Positions 40,301 through 49,400 of a DNA stretch of 64,000 nucleotides are shown piece after piece. Source of the stretch: Candidatus Omnitrophota bacterium (GTDB lineage Bacteria > Omnitrophota > Omnitrophia > Omnitrophales > Aquincolibacteriaceae); the NCBI GenBank assembly GCA_903856085.1, contig CAIOAT010000024.1, positions 3,180-67,179 of the forward strand, read 5' to 3'. Below the pieces are notes generated by a model. The model was not told the DNA's origin, searched no databases, and was given only the letters and a program-made list of their open reading frames with translations. Both the position numbers and the translations under genes were made by a program. The number at the start of each line of letters is the position of its first letter. Within the stretch, counting starts at the first letter, position 1.

Positions 40301-41355
40301 GATGCCTCAAGCGCCCGGAGACCGAATTCCAGAGTATTCACTTGTGCGCCGGTTAGATCTGCGGGAAATTTTTTTGTCCAGACGGTGATCGAAGACCCTG
40401 ACGACAATGTATATCCCAGATCATAAACATCTTTTTTCGATTCTTCATCAAAGGAAAAAGTAATAACGCCCTTGGCCTCTCCGTCATTGGACACTCCCTT
40501 TTCTCCCGCATCTAAGAGACCGAACGAGGACCGGGCGGGCGATACTGAAACTTGAGCGGGGCTGGCCGGCAATGCCTTCACGGCCGCAGGAACCTGGACC
40601 GAACGCGCGGTGGGTGCTAGCTTGGCAATCACGGGAGCTTGGACTTCAGGAACTGCCGCAGGCACTGCGGTTGTCCGGGGAGCAAACGTCGCACCGGTCT
40701 TTGCGACACCGGTCGCCATTTTTTTTGTCACAGTATTCGAAGCGGTTTTCGCCGCTGCGGGCAGGACGGCGGAAGGCGTCACGGGCTTGACCACCGCCAC
40801 TTGCTGAATGAACTCCAAAGAAAATGCCAAAGTTCCCTTAACGGTCGCGGTGGCACCCTGGGGGCTGACCACAAAAGCGACTTCTTTCAAAACGCCGACT
40901 TTGGTCCAATCGAGCTTCTCCTGCAGAGGATTCCATCCATTCTTGAGGCGAAGAGGGATTATTTGAACCCCCTGAGCTCCGCGCACCTCCATTGTCACGG
41001 AAACTTCGGTCATTTGCGTTGCAAGAAAAGCCTTGATGCCGATCTTGACCAGATTAGCCGAAGAAGCTGTGAGTTCTGCTGGAAAGCTCTTGACCCACGC
41101 CGTGGCGACGGCACCCTGAGGAATTGAATAATCAAATTCCAGGATATCCTTTTTGATCGCTTCGTCGAAAGTCGGAGTCAACGTGCCTTTGGCTTCTGCC
41201 GTGACCGTCGTTCCGCGCTCGCGTGCGTCAAGCAGCTTGAACGTGGAAGCCGCCCAAGCGCCGGTTGTGACCGTGAGGCTCAGGAGAAGGACCGCCAAGA
41301 CTCCGCAAGCAGGGATTGAAGCAAAAGATCGTAGGTTTTTGAAAATAGAGGGCAT
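34393..41355 (-). CDS. 2320-aa membrane-embedded GH94 glycoside phosphorylase (NdvB C-terminus-like) with duplicated N-terminal exported domain
   Basis: C-terminal YQTSGAFGFRDQLQD, GLPLMGVGDWNDGL, GESVWLGFF, YPEGVRENG and YTGAAGW. A central block of about 800 aa has many hydrophobic helices; there is an N-terminal signal peptide. Confidence 0.88.
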   Translation of the reverse strand: MPSIFKNLRSFASIPACGVLAVLLLSLTVTTGAWAASTFKLLDARERGTTVTAEAKGTLTPTFDEAIKKDILEFDYSIPQGAVATAWVKSFPAELTASSANLVKIGIKAFLATQMTEVSVTMEVRGAQGVQIIPLRLKNGWNPLQEKLDWTKVGVLKEVAFVVSPQGATATVKGTLAFSLEFIQQVAVVKPVTPSAVLPAAAKTASNTVTKKMATGVAKTGATFAPRTTAVPAAVPEVQAPVIAKLAPTARSVQVPAAVKALPASPAQVSVSPARSSFGLLDAGEKGVSNDGEAKGVITFSFDEESKKDVYDLGYTLSSGSSITVWTKKFPADLTGAQVNTLEFGLRALEASQLNQLSINAEVIGSANTQMIPLCLKPGWNAIQKSIHWKEIGELKEVNFIISPKGHANSIKGTLYLGFDFCKTTFFKKYLIAIKFGSILILAFLLALLAAFASKLSGQNRVGVQSRSASDKGPDIVSPKETSILARLKKDFLYGAITVLILGTAVGIYALGAAEILSLGSMTGILIAGVVGALIAECLKHQFTGKHLTPVEVFQNVLVTGILAASSSRLELLQAPTMWSHLLMINKLTATVAFLIYQIFNAHEFASSGKNLKTVPGALIVGTPYLVGWLLLLENVTLLQSMTYSATFGLLAAWPALLEGIGRLLVVFVFNELLAAGIGYVTKGKLLQTVKAHLFLLLISLGVVLAPSIANLGSLSGVAGLPEVLRALISVLATALSFGGLWGEIYLITGILLDGGKRIAPSEDNIFKNVTTGMKKGMAYSGILMAILYALSMIFAAPAGLKFMASFPYVIGTLAGALVFPFVKTIIETFDGSLPFFERTRYSYRSKTLYARGAVAGFGFAYLLAQGYIGKAMPERVLVGLLIGLMASGGISFLRDVYYASRGCGKVQSWRLYFVDSLLGVFLGSAVAFYMDVPQVAVILYKFKLYVTAHFSAAQYASYPAFNSLGEMSTTTYPYLNSLGHYVQPVLISKWGQMDLGYCPGGVKLLFTESLDGVIKWSVATWLFAVNKVFMQAFFDKDKTPIKFFFSKAGLAQLSELMIHVLRWGLWMSPIIYTFLRMMPNPTWYNQDGAIRTLFAIYNNITMSAPAFVAWSLKMFIWILAFDAFRILIWMDHMGLRVATLVNLSFLGMDKLDEKVSKFIGKAAAQRYIPEGVKRFATWAPLLIPFYIPRGEQWDEVWSSAEKLQNAARGKGLIPYLHSLSLPQMLVLIGLCILVCTGFSFVIRLLRRRSRARRIQSSELANREYKVVAKENGEIYSELLGKECDISRRSYDQIDPCGRVLFLLDTAAGPDGKSQAWPVAGNFPTEQFEASRVERCDDVLKVTNTNHGVKTTIEISLPDMDSTAELWKITIENLTERSRQLKVVPYLEWVLNGGLHDRFHTQYARLYPEMEYVAGSNAILSWQKSTKSMGLLASDVAPEGFHSGRVDFIGRGQSLWAPRSLETLDFLPAKDTAAYPTFDPIGSLMVNALVAPKATATVRLMIGYSKNKKVALEMIAKYLKPNPAQGAVLSEKKHRSLLIGHGEIPPGTPQPYYEYLDNGNKLKVLTPYTPRPFDHAMSNAVHSTMVTNRGLHTSCNGNSQQNRLTPDWPDTVTKETPTEAIYLYDPDRDEWYSPTYQPLNDNNAKHESEFSVDGTAIFRMKDGNLSSQLTVYVPPEDPLGVYLLTLKNDEDKPRRMRIAPYFQMVLSFQPERSGPLEMRHDKASDALYFANCRNIFRSGWAFASMSIPADCVETKRGRFFGSGRGVKRPFMVENAGPDATQLTDDGQIAGFVGTVEIPAHGECTVAIVLGQAEDHKKAVTLVQKYKNLETVRKELEGTRQWWLGLMGTVKVETNQPEFDRYQNWLKYQALAERIWARRGFYQTSGAFGFRDQLQDTVNLIWVDPALARKQILLHASQQFVEGDVNHWFFTLTDGRTSFSCRSHASDNPLWLAWGAAEYVRATGDQTILDEMAAYLISEFPFAPLPKNKQGWGHLYHRTTRADTLYKHCMKSIDLVIKQRSGKNGLPLMGVGDWNDGLDEIGSEGHGESVWLGFFLYYILKEMVDIIGQKEGDAKKAYYVKKMEALKVALEKTWRGDRYLRAFHDDGTEIGVKGSGVWEIDALTAAWSVMSGINFERGVTIFNTALQVLEKDNAILLGWPALREDTKPYLGRSSKYPEGVRENGMYCHGVQWLVRAARLLAEEYEKRGDQANAEKYRETAYRLWLKVSPIAHMHEIEIYGGQPNKQSADILTTFEPGRMIWHGYTGAAGWMLRQAMEGVVGALVVKNKLVLPNDLDKPRGALKVISVTRDVSKSPIRPKPL

Positions 41356-41484
41356 TTCGTCCGTCCTATTTTTAAAGGGTTTAAAAACTTTTCAAAATTT
41401 TTTTGCGTTCTTGAAAACGGGTGATTAAAAAAAGACAAAACCGCTTTAATTTCTGGTCCAAAACCACTTTTAAAGAAGAGGCGT

Positions 41485-41493
41485 ATTATACCA
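41485..41493 (-). promoter_or_regulatory. Extended -10 element upstream of the GH94 gene
   Basis: TGGTATAAT on the minus strand, about 130 nt upstream of the ATG. Confidence 0.45.
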
Positions 41494-41696
41494 AATTACC
41501 GTTTTTTCCCAAGTTTTTGTTTGAAGGAACGGGAAAGACCCGGGAAGGGGTCACGGAGAACCCATCCTCTCGAAATCAGGAGCGGAAATGATGAAATTCC
41601 ACTTTCGGATTTTTGTGTTCGCCGTTCCCCACGCCCTGTCCCCTGCGGCCTGTTCAATCCTTGCATTCTCAGGCCTCATTGATTAATATTCTCGGC

Positions 41697-42092
41697 ATGG
41701 AACACGATAAGATCCGCCTTCTTCAATTTATGGTCTGCAAAGACTTTGAAATCGGCGAGCAGGACTGCTACACGGCCAATCGCGTGAGAAGCAATCTCCA
41801 CGTTCCATCCTTTCCTTATCATTTCGAAAAACTTTACGCCGTAACCTGCTGGCGCAAGGACAAAATGTTCCACAAAGAAGTGATCGAGTACTCCACCGAG
41901 GACGGACGCATCGTAAAGACGCCCCCCATGGACATCGAACCCATCACCTCAAGCGTTCTTTTCCGCTGGCATAAACACGCATTCCCCACGGACCTCGAGA
42001 TCAAAGAAAACAGCCTCCTTAACATCCGCGTCATCCTCGACTGGAAAGTCAATTTTGAATCCTATCTCATGATTGAAAAACGACCGGACTGA
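41697..42092 (+). CDS. Hypothetical protein
   Basis: Open frame from ATG 41697 (MEHDKIRLLQF...), coupled to the downstream antiporter gene; no recognised motif. Confidence 0.65.
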   Translation: MEHDKIRLLQFMVCKDFEIGEQDCYTANRVRSNLHVPSFPYHFEKLYAVTCWRKDKMFHKEVIEYSTEDGRIVKTPPMDIEPITSSVLFRWHKHAFPTDLEIKENSLLNIRVILDWKVNFESYLMIEKRPD

Positions 42093-42099
42093 AGCGCTC

Positions 42100-43347
42100 A
42101 TGCCCCCTTTTGAGCCTCCGCACTGGACCCCGGAATTGTGGATGGCATTTCCCTTCATCGGATTGCTGTTCTCGATCGCCGTTCTACCCCTTGTCGCTCA
42201 CCGTTTTTGGAACCGCCTCAAAAATCAGACCGGAGTCTCGCTAGTCTTTGCGGTACCGATCGTCATGATCTACGCCCAACACTCCCCGCACCTTCTCGGA
42301 GAACAACTTCGTGATTATCTTTCGTTCGTCCTTCTCTTATCGTCACTTTACATCGCATCCGGCGGCATCCACATCGCCGGCGGACTGAATAGTTCGCCCC
42401 TCGCGAACGCCGCCCTGTTGGGCCTCGGCGCTGTGATCAGCAATTTCATCGGGACCACCGGCGCGAGCATGGTCCTGATCCGTCCGCTGCTGCGCGCCAA
42501 CGCCCACCGCAAACACCACGCCCACCTGCCAATTTTTTTCATTTTCCTTGTAAGTAATATCGGCGGCGCGCTGACGCCGCTGGGCGATCCCCCGCTTTTC
42601 CTCGGATTTTTGAGCGGCGTCCCTTTCTTTTGGACGCTCAGGCTTTTCCCCCTTTGGCTCGTGTCTGTATCGGTCCTGCTGCTCGTCTTTTATTTCACCG
42701 ACCGAACCATTCTCGCACTGGACAAAACATCTCCCAAAGCCCTCGTGTCCGGTGATCCCGTAAAAGTACGTGGAAAAAGGAATCTCTTCTGTTTTGCGTT
42801 GATCATCGTCGCAACCTTTTTGCCAATCCCCTACCGCGAAGCACTCATGATCGTCGCAGCCATCGTCTCCGTCTGGATCACTCCTAAAAGTTACCACACT
42901 GCGAATGGATTCAGCCATGTCCCTATTTTGGAAGTCGCAGTCATCTTTCTGGGCATCTTTATCACCATGCTTCCGGCGCTGGAACTGCTGAGAAACTATG
43001 GAGGAGAGCTGGGCGTGACACAACCATGGCAATTTTTTTGGTCGGCCGGAGGCTTTTCTTCCTTTCTGGATAATGCGCCGACTTATATGACATTCGCGGC
43101 ACTGGCGCAAGGCTTGCACCTGGGTGGACCGTACATGGGAATGCCTGAAACTCTTCTTTTGGCTATCAGCGCGGGTGCGGTATTCTTCGGGGCCATTACT
43201 TATATCGGGAACGCACCGAACTTCATGGTCCGCTCCATTGCCGAACACTCCGGATGGAAAATGCCGAGTTTCTTTGGTTATATGCTTTGGTCGATAGGTA
43301 TCCTGATACCGCTGTTTCTCCTTATTACCCTGATATTCCTCCGCTGA
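42100..43347 (+). CDS. Putative Na+/H+ antiporter (IT superfamily)
   Basis: About 11 TM segments; IGTTGASMVLIRPLL, NIGGALTPLGDPPLF, SSFLDNAPTY and TYIGNAPNFMV. Confidence 0.85.
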   Translation: MPPFEPPHWTPELWMAFPFIGLLFSIAVLPLVAHRFWNRLKNQTGVSLVFAVPIVMIYAQHSPHLLGEQLRDYLSFVLLLSSLYIASGGIHIAGGLNSSPLANAALLGLGAVISNFIGTTGASMVLIRPLLRANAHRKHHAHLPIFFIFLVSNIGGALTPLGDPPLFLGFLSGVPFFWTLRLFPLWLVSVSVLLLVFYFTDRTILALDKTSPKALVSGDPVKVRGKRNLFCFALIIVATFLPIPYREALMIVAAIVSVWITPKSYHTANGFSHVPILEVAVIFLGIFITMLPALELLRNYGGELGVTQPWQFFWSAGGFSSFLDNAPTYMTFAALAQGLHLGGPYMGMPETLLLAISAGAVFFGAITYIGNAPNFMVRSIAEHSGWKMPSFFGYMLWSIGILIPLFLLITLIFLR

Positions 43348-43413
43348 CGTTCTACGGCGCAAGGTGGCTGCGGACGGCGCACTCTATAAGTCTTTCGCCG
43401 TACTTCGATCGGA

Positions 43414-46400
43414 TTACGCCGATTTCTCGATATCTTGCTGAGCTGCAAATTCAAGAGCGAGGGCTTCCATATTCATTACGAAAACGCCATTTTTTGATGA
43501 AAGGCCTAACAGATCAATGCCCTTTTCCTTTAATTTTGTGATCAGCATCCCGGGATTCACTTTCATAAGCCCTTGATCCATCGGTGACGCCGAGGCAAAG
43601 ATCTTATTGATCAGAACAACCGCAGCACAAACAAGATTCTTAAGTTCGGGGTTGTCTTCGCTATTAAAATCCGCCAAGATCGAAAGTATTCCGTTCTGCT
43701 TGACCCCAAGCTCGGTCGTTAAAAACGCCATAAGCGCTTCGTCCTTACTCGCATTGATCACGCCGGCCACAATCGCATCCGCTGATTTCCTTTCGCTGTA
43801 TCTGTATTTCATGACAACATCAGCCACTTCATTCCAGCCTCTCCCCACCGGGTGTTTTTCATCATAAAGCACAACCAGGCTCGGGATTTTTATCTTCCCC
43901 CGCAAGGCCTTAATCACGAGTTCCGAGTCGGGTCCATTATCAACGATCATCGGAACTCCAGAGCCGGGCATTTCATTAATCCTGTCAATGATAGCACTCG
44001 TAAATCTCTGAATTTTCCCAACGTCCTCGCCTCCGACACGCGCTCCCCTTACAGCCACAAAACTACCCAGCATGACCCCCGCAACGATGTTCCCCGCCAA
44101 AATATCCGGATCCCCATAACCTGCGAATCCTGCAAGGCGCAGCCGTAATTCTGGCCTCGAAGAAGTTAATCCTGTAAGTGCTTCGACATCCAATCCCAGC
44201 AAGCTTGCCATGAACTGATCGGCAATCTGCCCGTATAATGATTTTTCTTTTTCAAATCCCGCCAAGCCCCCTTCCATCATCCTCGCCCGAACCTTATCAG
44301 GATTCGCCCCATCACGCATAAGCACCAAGATCGCCGCAGCATCTATCTTCGGCAACTCCATCAGCGGCATATTAGCTAATCGCACTTCCGATCGGATTTT
44401 GGGACCAGCCTTGGACTTGCCCTCCGGGATTTCGGGGGTTTTAGGCTGCGCGGTAACTGGCTTTGCCGGTGAAACAACAGATTCGGCCTTTCCACTTTTC
44501 CTCGTCAGATCTTTTCTGGAGGACTTGCCCGATCGAGGGGTAACACCTGCTGCCAATTCTTGTTCGATCGATGGAAGGACGTACGCCATGTATTCTGAAA
44601 TAATCTGAAAAGCCAGACTGGGCTTCGAAACGTCTTCGAGACTTTTCAAACCTTCAAAAAACGCCTTCAGCTTACTGCCCGCACTTTTCTCGCCCGTCTT
44701 GAATCTGACACCGACATTGGCCGCAGCTTCTGCGAGCGCTCTCAGTTCTTTTTGATCCCTCTCCACTTGAACCTTGATTATATGAAGCTTGTCTTGATCT
44801 GCTTCTGAAAGCACCCCGTGATCCGAAAGGAGCAAGGCCTCTATTTTCAAATCTTTGGAAAGACGGGCTATTACCTTCTGAAGCGCTTCGATTAAAATAT
44901 CCTCTGTTCCATTGCGCCCAAACCCGCTCAGAACATGAATAGCTTCCAACCGCACGCTGAGCTCACCATCTGACAATCTCGGCTTGAGTACTCGATGCAA
45001 ATATGTGCTCGCCAGTCCGCCCCCTATTTTCAGACTATTTTCATATTTTCTGATCATTTCTATCCTCTCCCATGGATCGGGGACGAAACCCAAAAGAGCG
45101 ATCAAATCTTCGAAATCATCCGGCGTCTCGAGTTTAAGACCGATTCGTGATTCTGCCCGATTAGGCGAAAGCGCCGAGGCAGAAACGAGGCGGTCCCAGC
45201 GAAGGATTGTCTCACGGAGCAGAACGCGGTAACGACCCAGGCGCTCATAGTATTCTTTTTCCGCGGCCTGCTCGGCCATCCCCGGCTGTTTCTTTTTGAT
45301 CGATAAAGCCAAACCGTATTTGATCACGGGCAATTCTTTTGCACCGCTAAAATAATGACTAGAATTTCCCGGAATCGCGAGGAAAGAAGTAAATCCCCTC
45401 AGAAATTCCTGGCCGTTCTTCGACGCGAGCAGTCTCTCCCCGTTATTCAATGGAACAATCGCAAGGGGATCGGCAAAGAACTTCATCCATTCCTTCCCGA
45501 ATTGTTCGTCTGTCATCGCCGTCACTTTTGCCGCATATTGCTGACCGCCCCAACCTTTCAAAATATTCCACTTCCGGAGATCCGGGACATTCCAACTCGC
45601 CTCCGCACGAAGTTCCTCGAAGGATTTCATCCCCGAGTTCTGAGCCGGAAGCTTCCCAATCTGCTGAGCACCCGTGGTTGCAAGAAATTTGTCTGCATTA
45701 TCCTTCAGCTCTTGGGATGCATAAAACGTCTGCGTCTTTTTGTCGAAAATTACCGGTGGCAGAGCACCGTATTTTTCAGTTTCATAGAACATCGGCTGCA
45801 GCCTGAGACGCGCTACATTGATCAACTTCTTCTCTTTCAGTTCTTTGGCTTCCCGCTCAACTTCCTTTAGGGTCATCGTACCCCAAAGTAGCGGCTGCCG
45901 CTTGAGGCTACTCACCGTCTTAAGACTAAGATCCTGAAGATCCGCAACCGTCATCTTGTTCTTGATAGGCCATTCGATCACGAAACTCTTATGACCCGTC
46001 TCAGTCGTTACGATTCTCCATTGGTTTGCCAGAACGATCTGCTGATTTTCAAGCGATAACGTGTCATAGTCGCCGGAGAGATACGCGGGACGACCCCACG
46101 CCACATCATCCATATTTGCGGAGGACTGGAATGTTCGGATATTCCTTTCGAACAAGAATTTTGCCGCCTCCAAAAGCGGCCCCTCGACCAGATGATCGAG
46201 ATCGGACATGCGCGTTACGATCGTCGCAGCTTCCAGAATGGGATTCTCTTTGCTGATCTTCTTCGCTCCCGCACGCGATTCCACGGACCGAACCTCGGAG
46301 CGGGCTGGCAATACCAGCAACACGCCTTTTCCCTCTTTTGAATTCCAGATCTGGATCGCCGGACGGCCGTCAAGCATTCCATAGGTTGCCTCGAGCTCTT

Positions 46401-49400
46401 CACCGTGATAAAGCGTCGCTTTAGTATCAAATCCCGGTTGGCGAGTGGTTTCCGTGAAAGGAATCCGCTCGACGCCGGCTTTCGTATAAAAAAGCCGCTT
46501 TGCATCATCATTCGAATTGGCAGTCTGGATCAAACTATCAGGATCAAACTGATCCCACTGATACATGAAAGACTTTTCCCGGATTCTTCCCAGGATCATC
46601 CCCGGGAAAAGATCGTCCGGAAAATTCTCAGAGTCAATGCCCGTCAAAGCCAGTGCCGCAAGAGCATAAGGATCGCGAATAACTTCCGCCGCCATATTGA
46701 GCAGAATTCGTTTTGCCAGAACCCGGCGGCCATTTTGCCCGATCGATCGCAGGGCAAAGCGGTAGGCCCTCTCAAGAACCGGACTGTACGCATTCAGTGT
46801 GCTGAAGAAAACCTTCAGATCCCGGGCCACGACATCAACGTCCCGGAACGGCACGGCGCCCGAATACACAACTTCGCCGGCATCATCCCGATAATAAACG
46901 TCCGCTCGATCTGCATCGTGCGTATCATAAAGAAGCATGCCTTGGTCCCTAACGAGCCGCTGGGAATTCTGCAGGATGTTCGCAAGCGCTGACGGATCCC
47001 GGAAATACTGCACCGCCAAGCGAGCATTGATCACGACATCGTATTGATGGCTCGCGTCAAAGACTTGCGGAGACGCGGTGATGTTTGCCTTTGGATCCTG
47101 GATATTGATCCGCTGATACCAGACTCCCGTTTCCGGATCCTGCCACATCCCATTCGCATCAAACTGGAACATTTCCTTACGCTGGAATTGATCCTTCGCT
47201 CCATCATATGCGAAATAAACAGGCTGGAATTGGATATCGTTCGCCACCAGCTCGATCTCGGTCCCTGAAGGCAATGCCTGGCGCAGCATATCGCGAAAAA
47301 GAACCGCCTTGCTGTTACGACCAGGCTTCTCAGCAGCGCCGATCAGAAGCACCTTGATCTTTTTCCGTGGCTGATAAGGAAGATTCAGCAAAGCATCACT
47401 CTCGGGATGGGCCTCCGGTCCGAACCAAGGATGATCATTCAGCACCCTGTTACCGTTGCGAAGATCCATCTGCTCAATAACTTGAGTGTCATTGAGCCAC
47501 TTCCCTGCCAGGAAATTCGTCGCGGCAACAAAGAGCGGCGAGTTACGGTTCCTATCGGTGATCTGGACCGTGTAATGAGATAGAAAATCCAGAAACTCCT
47601 TCTGCACTTCAGGATGACGCTTGAGCGCCTCGAAATAGTTCGCCGCGGTCTGGACCCTTGAGGCAAACTCGGCTCTCGTAATTTCGCTCGCGATCCCGTA
47701 ACCGACAAAATCAAGGATTGCGTCCACCAAAAAGAATTTTTGATAATTCGCGTACCAATGTCCTTGCGAGCGTAAAGTTTCGATCCGCTGGTCCCGTGAC
47801 TGCCGGATACGGCTTCCAAATTCGCTCGCATCCTTATCAATCAAGGAGTCAAGCCCTTCACCCAAATCGTCCTGGATCGTCAGCCCATCGTAGGGTTTGT
47901 CGCTCCATTTGGCATTCAAGCCGTCCAGATAATTCACAAGACTATCAAGCAGGTTATTGCTTGCAGCAGCCTCCGCGGTAAATGACTTACGATCCATGAT
48001 CCACTGCCCGCTCGGATCCACAAAGATGCGGGTATAGCCTGAGTATTTTCCGTTCACAAAAATGTCATAGATACCGTTCATCTCGTCAACCAACTTCAGG
48101 GATATGCCAAAATCAGCCAACGGAGCCGCTTTATGGTAGTACGGTGCACCATCCGTTCGTCCCAACGATCCAAGCAGGGGCAAATCCCCGACCGCAAGCT
48201 CTGAAGCAAGGATCAAGAGCATTCCGTTCGCCGCCGCAAGTTCTTTGAGCTTGGGGCCTATCGTCTTTTCAAGGGCTTCATAATCGATACCAGAATTCTC
48301 AATTCTTTGAAGCTCGATCACTTGTACATCCAGACGCGGAACGAGATGAAAAACAAGGTTGGGGGTACCAGCAAAATCCAGATAAATAAAAGGTGAAGGC
48401 GTTGGATCGTCGGGATCCTGCATAACGACTCTTCCTTCGACATTTCCGCGTCCTCCCCGACCGGCGTCTGCGGCCGAGACCGCGACGTGATTTTCGTCAA
48501 AATAAACCCTCATCGCCTGCAAAGCTTTCGCATACGGAGTGACGAGATCAGCATTCTGAAAATGCTGCCGACTCAGAAAGCTCGCCGCTTCTGCGGCAAG
48601 ACGGACATCGGCCGTGGGGTATTTGGCTTTTTCGCCCGGCGTCATAGAGGGATAATTCTTCTTTGTGTCGGGCTGAACAAGGATGCTGTGCAGTGCGGAT
48701 TCCTCCGCCGGAACCTTGGCGAGTTCAGAGGGAACTTTATAGTGACCTTCACCGGTCAACACATTGGCTCTGCCATCCGGATCGAGGATGACCATAGCTC
48801 CGCGGGTCTTGATATCCCGGCTCACACCGTGACGCTTGTCGAGTTCATCCTTGATCTTTTGTGCGGTCGCTGCCAGAGGGTCACGGTTATAAAGTTCCCG
48901 GTACGCGGCATCCCTTTCAGCATAACGATTCGTATAAATGCCGGGAGCCCCCGCTAAAGCCGCAACCTCAACACCCGAATCTTCAGCCATCACATAGAAC
49001 GGTCCCGCGATCTTTCCCGCGGCCTGTTTCCTGTAAAATTCCGCTTTGCGCCGCGCAGTGTCCTCATAGGAGGGTGAAACTTCTTCAGGAGCTTTTGCAT
49101 CGATACCGGCTTCAGCGGGCGTAATCACCCGGATATAGGGAAAAGAACTGAAATATTTTTTCCAAGTTTCAACCTTCCTCGGATTTTGCGTCGCAACAAG
49201 GACCTGGAGGATCTCTGCTGAGGCCGCAACTTGTTTCCGCACCTCCGCCCGATTTGTTTCAACTCCGGGTTGATTGGGGATGGTGCCATAAGCGGTTCCG
49301 AGCTCTGCAATTCTTCTTGCAATATCAAAGTCTCGCGGCTTACCAAATTTAACCCCCGCTATCAATTTTTCAAAACGTTCATCGGGTGCACGCCCTCTTC

